A DNA stretch of 64,000 nucleotides from positions 1,841-65,840 of the forward strand of contig CAYUQU010000006.1 of assembly GCA_964447015.1 (NCBI GenBank), in the 5' to 3' direction. Position numbers and translations under genes: made by a program. This document shows, one piece after another, positions 59,085-64,000 of the stretch. Numbering within the stretch: the stretch's first letter is position 1; each line of letters starts with the position of its first letter. The notes beneath the pieces were generated by a model. That model ran no database searches and was not told where the DNA came from. It saw nothing but the letters and a program-made list of their open reading frames with translations. The stretch comes from an uncultured Flavobacteriales bacterium (GTDB lineage: Bacteria; Bacteroidota; Bacteroidia; Flavobacteriales_D; Crocinitomicaceae).

Positions 59085-60110
59085 TTACTCTCTAGTTAGC
59101 AAAATCAGACTCGACTGCCCCGTAGCAAATTTATTGAAGATAAGAACTGAGTTTAAAGGTTTATCCCAATTGATGCCATCAAAACTTGTTAAATCATTTC
59201 GCAAAAGCTGTTGGCCTAACCATACTGATAAGGCTGAAACAGTGGGGGAATCACCAAAAAATTTTTTGAAATATATTTGGGGTACATCCTCGAAATAATC
59301 ACTCAGACTACATACGGTATTGTCATTGTTTATATCTCCATTGCAAGGGCTGAGAATTAAATCTGGCTCAAAATTGAGTTGTGTGATGTCACTTTTAATA
59401 TTCATCTGAAAAGGACCTACGTATGTTCGCATAAATGAGATGCACACAGCTTCTTTACATTCAGGGACAGTAGATAGATGAAAGAAAGCAGAGCCTTCTC
59501 CTGGAACAAAGCCAACACCTTTTTTTTGTATTGCTTCCTCAGGAGTAACATCGTCTTTTCTCACCCAATTTAACAGACCAAAAAGATTAAATGTGTATTG
59601 AGATATTTCATCTACAGCACCCACAAGAACGTGTTGAGCCATGTTGTTTTCAAGTAACATCATTCCTTCGAGAAGAGAGTTTTCAAATGAATGAGCTTTT
59701 TGACTATTTGTTGAATTGTACGAAAAATTCTTAGTCATCAGTCCTAGTTGTGCAGAGACCACATTGGTAGTAGATTGAGTGAAATTTGTAGGAGTCATCG
59801 GCCCCTCTTCATATTTATAAATTTGATCCAAAAATTTAAATGACTCCTCGTTACTTCCATATGCTGAGCCACTTACAATGGCATCGAACTCTACATTGCT
59901 TTCTTGAATAACCTTTAACCCTGTGGTTAAGCCCATGCGCGATATTTTTCCCATTCTCCGTAATAAGTTAAGTGGGATATATGGTTTATAGTCAGGTTCT
60001 TGAGCTAGAATGTGATGAGAAGTCTGTTTCAATAAAACTTCATTAGGAAATACCCCTTCAAAAGATTGTTGGGGAGAAATACAGGAGCTATGATTTAAAT
60101 AGAACTTCAT
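59085..60110 (-). CDS. Beta-ketoacyl synthase chain-length-factor-like protein
   Basis: KS N-terminal fold (LRRMGKISRMGL, PTNFTQST.N, VLVGAVDE) lacking the catalytic Cys. Confidence 0.8.
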   Translation of the reverse strand: MKFYLNHSSCISPQQSFEGVFPNEVLLKQTSHHILAQEPDYKPYIPLNLLRRMGKISRMGLTTGLKVIQESNVEFDAIVSGSAYGSNEESFKFLDQIYKYEEGPMTPTNFTQSTTNVVSAQLGLMTKNFSYNSTNSQKAHSFENSLLEGMMLLENNMAQHVLVGAVDEISQYTFNLFGLLNWVRKDDVTPEEAIQKKGVGFVPGEGSAFFHLSTVPECKEAVCISFMRTYVGPFQMNIKSDITQLNFEPDLILSPCNGDINNDNTVCSLSDYFEDVPQIYFKKFFGDSPTVSALSVWLGQQLLRNDLTSFDGINWDKPLNSVLIFNKFATGQSSLILLTRE

Positions 60111-60139
60111 ACCGATTGATTTAGGAGGTTATTAGTCTA

Positions 60140-61333
60140 TTAATTAGTTTCCATTTTATTGAATAACAGCGATGTACAGTTGCCTCCAAAGCCAAATGAG
60201 TTAGTCAAGATACGACTAATAGAAACACCAGTCAAGGTTTTTGTTGGAATTATTTCCATTTTTTCATCTGGAAGTTCGTCTTCATTGGTGTTACCAATGA
60301 TAGTGTCATTTTGGAGCATTAAAATGCAAAAAATAGCTTCAATGGCTCCTGCAGCTCCAAGTGTGTGACCAGTAAATATCTTCGTAGAAGAGTAGGGAGG
60401 TATGGTGCCAAATACATTTTTCATGGCTACATATTCCGTTTCGTCATTATTCTCAGTTCCCGTTCCGTGCGCGTTGATGTAATCGATTTGATTAGATGAA
60501 ACTCCAGCTTTTTTAAGTGCTGTTTGCATAGCTTTCGTCGGGCCAATTCCATCAGGAGATGTAGATGTTGCATGATAGCTGTCATTTGCATTTCCAAACC
60601 CTGAAACTTCGGCAAGTGGTTTTCTGTCTTCTATGAAATCTTCACCTTCTAAAATAAGATAACCAGCTCCTTCACCAAGGTTAATTCCATCTCTGTCTTT
60701 TGCAAATGGTTTACATTGGTTGTCAGATAGCAACATCATCGAGTTGAAGCCATTGATAGTATACTTAGACAACGCATCAGCACCACCAACGAGCAAGCGT
60801 TTTGCGCGTCCTGAGCGAATCATCATTATGCCTTGCATAATAGCATTTGCGGAAGATGAACAAGCTGTGTTTATGGTGTTATGAAAAGGTACATCACCAA
60901 TCAGTTCGCTGATTTCCATAGCGACTGAACCAATGTCGTATCTGTCGTATAAATTGGATTGATTGTCTATTGCCTGTGCGTTCTCATATAGTTTTTTTGT
61001 TTCACACATTGATGAAACAGTACATCCCATGATGATACCGTCAATTTTTGAACTATCTATTTTAGCAGATAATAACGCCTCATTGACAGCAACCATTGCT
61101 AGAAGTGTTGTTCGCGCATAGTTCGAATCTAATGGTAGATTCAGCACATGCTTCAACTCATCATTTGATAAACTGACCTCGGCAAACAAAAAATTTTCAA
61201 TGAGCTTCGAGTCAACATATTTCGCTTTTCGAATTCCACGCTTGTCATTCACAAGGGAGTGCCAATTTTCTTCTACCGAATTACCGATACTAGAAATTAG
61301 TCCTATTCCTGTTATGAATATGCGTTGACTCAA
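60140..61333 (-). CDS. Beta-ketoacyl-ACP synthase (FabF-like; aryl-polyene/flexirubin-type cluster)
   Basis: TACSSS catalytic Cys, NAHGTGT, GHTLGAAG and NSFGFGG motifs. Confidence 0.93.
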   Translation of the reverse strand: MSQRIFITGIGLISSIGNSVEENWHSLVNDKRGIRKAKYVDSKLIENFLFAEVSLSNDELKHVLNLPLDSNYARTTLLAMVAVNEALLSAKIDSSKIDGIIMGCTVSSMCETKKLYENAQAIDNQSNLYDRYDIGSVAMEISELIGDVPFHNTINTACSSSANAIMQGIMMIRSGRAKRLLVGGADALSKYTINGFNSMMLLSDNQCKPFAKDRDGINLGEGAGYLILEGEDFIEDRKPLAEVSGFGNANDSYHATSTSPDGIGPTKAMQTALKKAGVSSNQIDYINAHGTGTENNDETEYVAMKNVFGTIPPYSSTKIFTGHTLGAAGAIEAIFCILMLQNDTIIGNTNEDELPDEKMEIIPTKTLTGVSISRILTNSFGFGGNCTSLLFNKMETN

Positions 61334-61349
61334 TGATTATTGTAGAAAA

Positions 61350-61622
61350 TTAAGCTTTGAACTTGTCGGATTTCTCCATGATATAGTCAGCCATAGCAGA
61401 AACTGTAGCTAAAATCTGACGTCCTTCTTTTGGATCTGTGATTTTAACTCCATATTCTCTTTCCATCAAAACGATTAATTCGAAAGAGTCGATTGAGTCA
61501 AGTCCGATTTCTTCACCGAATAATTGCGCGTCATCTGCAATATCTTCAGGTTTCATTTCCATTAGGTTCAATTGCTCAATGATCTGAGTCTTAAGGTCGA
61601 GTATTAATTCTGAACGATCCAT
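61350..61622 (-). CDS. Acyl carrier protein
   Basis: IGLDSIDSFEL phosphopantetheine site. Confidence 0.93.
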   Translation of the reverse strand: MDRSELILDLKTQIIEQLNLMEMKPEDIADDAQLFGEEIGLDSIDSFELIVLMEREYGVKITDPKEGRQILATVSAMADYIMEKSDKFKA

Positions 61623-61639
61623 TTTGTCTAATTATGGTA

Positions 61640-62917
61640 TTATAAAATTCCTTGTTTTCTGAGTGATGCAAAGGTAATAGAAAAACAACATACCGAAAAC
61701 ATCACGAATAAAAGTGCGTAAATATACAAATCACTGAAAGAAGAATCACGAATAAATAGTCCATAATATGATTCGAGTCCCCAATTCAGTGGTGAAAATA
61801 CACTAATTTTTTGTAAAATTTCAGGCATTGCAAAAGTTGGAACCCAAACTCCTCCCAAAGCAGCGAGTATCATAACCGATATTGCGCCAAATGAACCTGC
61901 CTGTTGGTGTGTTCTAGAAAGCGTTCCTACTAACATTCCGTAGGATGTTGCGGCTAATGCAATAAGAAAAGTCATGAATAGAAACAAAAACGTGTTTTGT
62001 GGCAATTCAATTTGTGGCAAACCAATCACAGGGAAAAGATACAACCCTATCAATAAGATACAACCAAGTTGAATGAAACATACCATGATATATGTCAACA
62101 CTTTTGCGGTTAAAATGTTCATAAAGGAAACAGGTAATGTTCTCAATCGCATAAAACTTCCTTGATCTTTTTCGTAGACGATATTCCCTCCCAAAGCAAT
62201 TACTATAAAGAACATAGCAAATAGAGTCCAGGCAGGAACGTTGTGTTGAGTGGAACTAGGGATTTTAGATTTACCTTCATTGTCTTGAACGAGTTCTTCA
62301 AAATAGCTGCTTGGTTTATCGAGCATATTTTCTACATCTTCTGGCATCTCATCACCTGTTAATTCGGTGAATAATGCTTGCATCATACGTTTAGTTTCAA
62401 TTCGAGCTAGTATGGTTTCTAATCCATTGCGAACAGCAGTTCGAAAAGAAAGTTTCATTACAGGGTCAAAAACGAGCTGAATGTGGATGCTATCACCTAT
62501 AGAATGCTCTTTAAATTCGATTTCATTCAGAGCTGAAATGATTTTATCACCATTGTTTTCACTTTTTGCCGAAATCCATTCTGAAAAGCCTTCAGGAATA
62601 TAAATACCAACTTTGTAAGTTCCTTTTTGAATCTCTTTTTCGAGTGCATTTAACTCAAGTGTCTCATTTTGCTCTATGTTGAAATCTCCGAGCTGCTTGA
62701 TTTCGTGAGTTAAATTCTCCGCTATTTCACCTTTGTCTCTGTCAACAATAACAACTGGAATTCGATTGTCTTGCATCAATTGAAAGGTGCTGTCTTGCAC
62801 AAGCGTAATAATAACCACTAAAGCTGCAGGCATAGCAAATAGTATTCCTAAGCCAGCTTTATCTCGTCTTAAGAGTGTAATTTCTTTCCATATTCCAGTT
62901 AGTAATTTCCGCATCAA
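61640..62917 (-). CDS. ABC-2 type transporter permease
   Basis: TM - large loop - five TM; HNVPAW.LFAMFFIV and LGG.WVP motifs. Confidence 0.9.
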   Translation of the reverse strand: MMRKLLTGIWKEITLLRRDKAGLGILFAMPAALVVIITLVQDSTFQLMQDNRIPVVIVDRDKGEIAENLTHEIKQLGDFNIEQNETLELNALEKEIQKGTYKVGIYIPEGFSEWISAKSENNGDKIISALNEIEFKEHSIGDSIHIQLVFDPVMKLSFRTAVRNGLETILARIETKRMMQALFTELTGDEMPEDVENMLDKPSSYFEELVQDNEGKSKIPSSTQHNVPAWTLFAMFFIVIALGGNIVYEKDQGSFMRLRTLPVSFMNILTAKVLTYIMVCFIQLGCILLIGLYLFPVIGLPQIELPQNTFLFLFMTFLIALAATSYGMLVGTLSRTHQQAGSFGAISVMILAALGGVWVPTFAMPEILQKISVFSPLNWGLESYYGLFIRDSSFSDLYIYALLFVMFSVCCFSITFASLRKQGIL

Positions 62918-63651
62918 TTCCGTAAGGTTTTTCCGGTTAATGTTAAAAATACTTCTTCGAGATTGTGAGCTTCGTGCTTTTTCATCAATTCAGCTGGAGA
63001 ACCTGATTCGAGTAGTTCACCATGCTCAATAATATGAACAAAATCACACAATTCCTGCGCTTCTGCCATTAAATGCGAAGTGTAAATAATGGTCATATTT
63101 TTTTCTTGATTGAGCTTTTTCAAGTAATCGACAATTGCAGCGCGTGACTGCACGTCAACACCAACTGTCGGCTCATCGAGTATTAATATTTTCGGGTCAT
63201 TTAGAATGGACGCGGCCAAATTGATTCGGCGTTTCATTCCTCCCGAGAATGCTTTCAGTTTTTTATGTTGAACAGATCTTAATCCAAGAATGTCGAGTAG
63301 TTCATCTATCTTTTGTTGGAGAATAGTGTTGGGAATTCCCCACATTTTACCGAAATACCACAAGTTTTCTTGTGGAGTCAAATCGAAATAGAGTGCGTAT
63401 TCTTGCGGCACTACACCCAAAATGTATTTTACAGATTTGTCTTTATTTGATTTTCCTAGGAGTTGAACAGAGCCTTCATCTTGCTTGAGTAGTCCACTGA
63501 TAATTGAAATTAATGTTGTTTTTCCAGCTCCATTCGGGCCTAAAATACCAACAATAGTTCCTTTAGCTATAGATAAAGACACATCATTCAATGCACGGTT
63601 TTCAGAACCTTCGTATTGTTTGGATATGTGCTCAACATCTAAAGCATTCAT
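62914..63651 (-). CDS. ABC transporter ATP-binding protein
   Basis: GPNGAGKTT, FSGGMKRRINLA and LDEPTVGVD motifs. Confidence 0.95.
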   Translation of the reverse strand: MNALDVEHISKQYEGSENRALNDVSLSIAKGTIVGILGPNGAGKTTLISIISGLLKQDEGSVQLLGKSNKDKSVKYILGVVPQEYALYFDLTPQENLWYFGKMWGIPNTILQQKIDELLDILGLRSVQHKKLKAFSGGMKRRINLAASILNDPKILILDEPTVGVDVQSRAAIVDYLKKLNQEKNMTIIYTSHLMAEAQELCDFVHIIEHGELLESGSPAELMKKHEAHNLEEVFLTLTGKTLRN

Positions 63652-63653
63652 AT

Positions 63654-64000
63654 CTATAATTTTAATTTCGCTGATGCTCTGAAAGCCTGTTTTTCAACTT
63701 CAGCTACCTCAAGTAATATATCGGCTGCTATATCAAATGCTTCTTGGCCAGTAGCACGTCCTCTGTAGATTGCCGCACACTGCGAAGCAAACTGTCTCCA
63801 TAAGTCACCAGACAACGTAAATTGGTCGCTCAGTTCAAGTAGCTTTTCGTTTGGGATGTAGTTGTATGCTTCTTGAAGAAATGCACCGTGAAGATAGCGG
63901 AATCCACCGCCACCTGTACCTATTTCTTCTTGCATTCTCACTAATTGCCCGAGATAAAGTCCTGCTTTACGGTCACCAAGCTTAGTCTTGTATCCACGTA
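63654..64000 (-). CDS. BtrH-like/DUF4872 protein, C-terminal part (runs off the right edge)
   Basis: The frame stays open to the edge: ...KLGDRKAGLYLGQLVRMQEEIGTGGGGFRYLHGAFLQEA. This gene usually precedes the ABC pair in flexirubin clusters. Confidence 0.75.
   Translation of the reverse strand, partial: RGYKTKLGDRKAGLYLGQLVRMQEEIGTGGGGFRYLHGAFLQEAYNYIPNEKLLELSDQFTLSGDLWRQFASQCAAIYRGRATGQEAFDIAADILLEVAEVEKQAFRASAKLKL

Noticed and set aside
2255-63682. Numerous 60-140 aa ORFs overlapping long genes on the opposite strand or in another frame
   Set aside because: They lie within well-supported genes and show no recognisable motifs; treated as shadow ORFs.
1-64000. tRNA, rRNA, transposase, integrase or prophage genes
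   Set aside because: None recognised in the sequence or the ORF track.

Overview
AT-rich chromosomal window from a Bacteroidota bacterium, probably Flavobacteriales. The taxon is inferred from TAnnTTTG promoter boxes, type IX secretion C-terminal domains and the rpmB-rpmG-DUF4295-ftsY-rimO order. The backbone is housekeeping: GS type III, ispE, cinA, rpmB/rpmG, ftsY, rimO, mpl, dnaB, two ABC-F genes, a MoxR/PPIase operon and guaB. It also carries T9SS cargo proteins and, at the right edge, part of a flexirubin/aryl-polyene-type fatty-acid synthase cluster. There are two accessory tracts. The first (about 11.4-16.8 kb) is a run of short hypothetical genes. The second (about 26.3-32.8 kb) is the most interesting. 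It lies downstream of mpl and is punctuated by three same-orientation copies of the mpl 3' end: the functional end, a 96% copy and a 75% copy, with divergence increasing with distance. This suggests serial insertion at this gene end, yet no integrase is present in the window. The cargo includes an AAA-ATPase/PD-(D/E)XK gene with a tandem palindromic operator, a toxin-antitoxin-SecB chaperone (TAC) triplet and a HEPN-motif gene. The HEPN gene is bounded by complementary integron-like core sites next to a 138-bp attC-like palindrome. Also found: a 6S-like RNA between the two ABC-F genes, a Flavo-1-like small RNA, and three families of short intergenic palindromic repeats. No rRNA, tRNA, CRISPR array, transposase or integrase was seen. 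All family assignments are by eye from motifs; no database searches were run.
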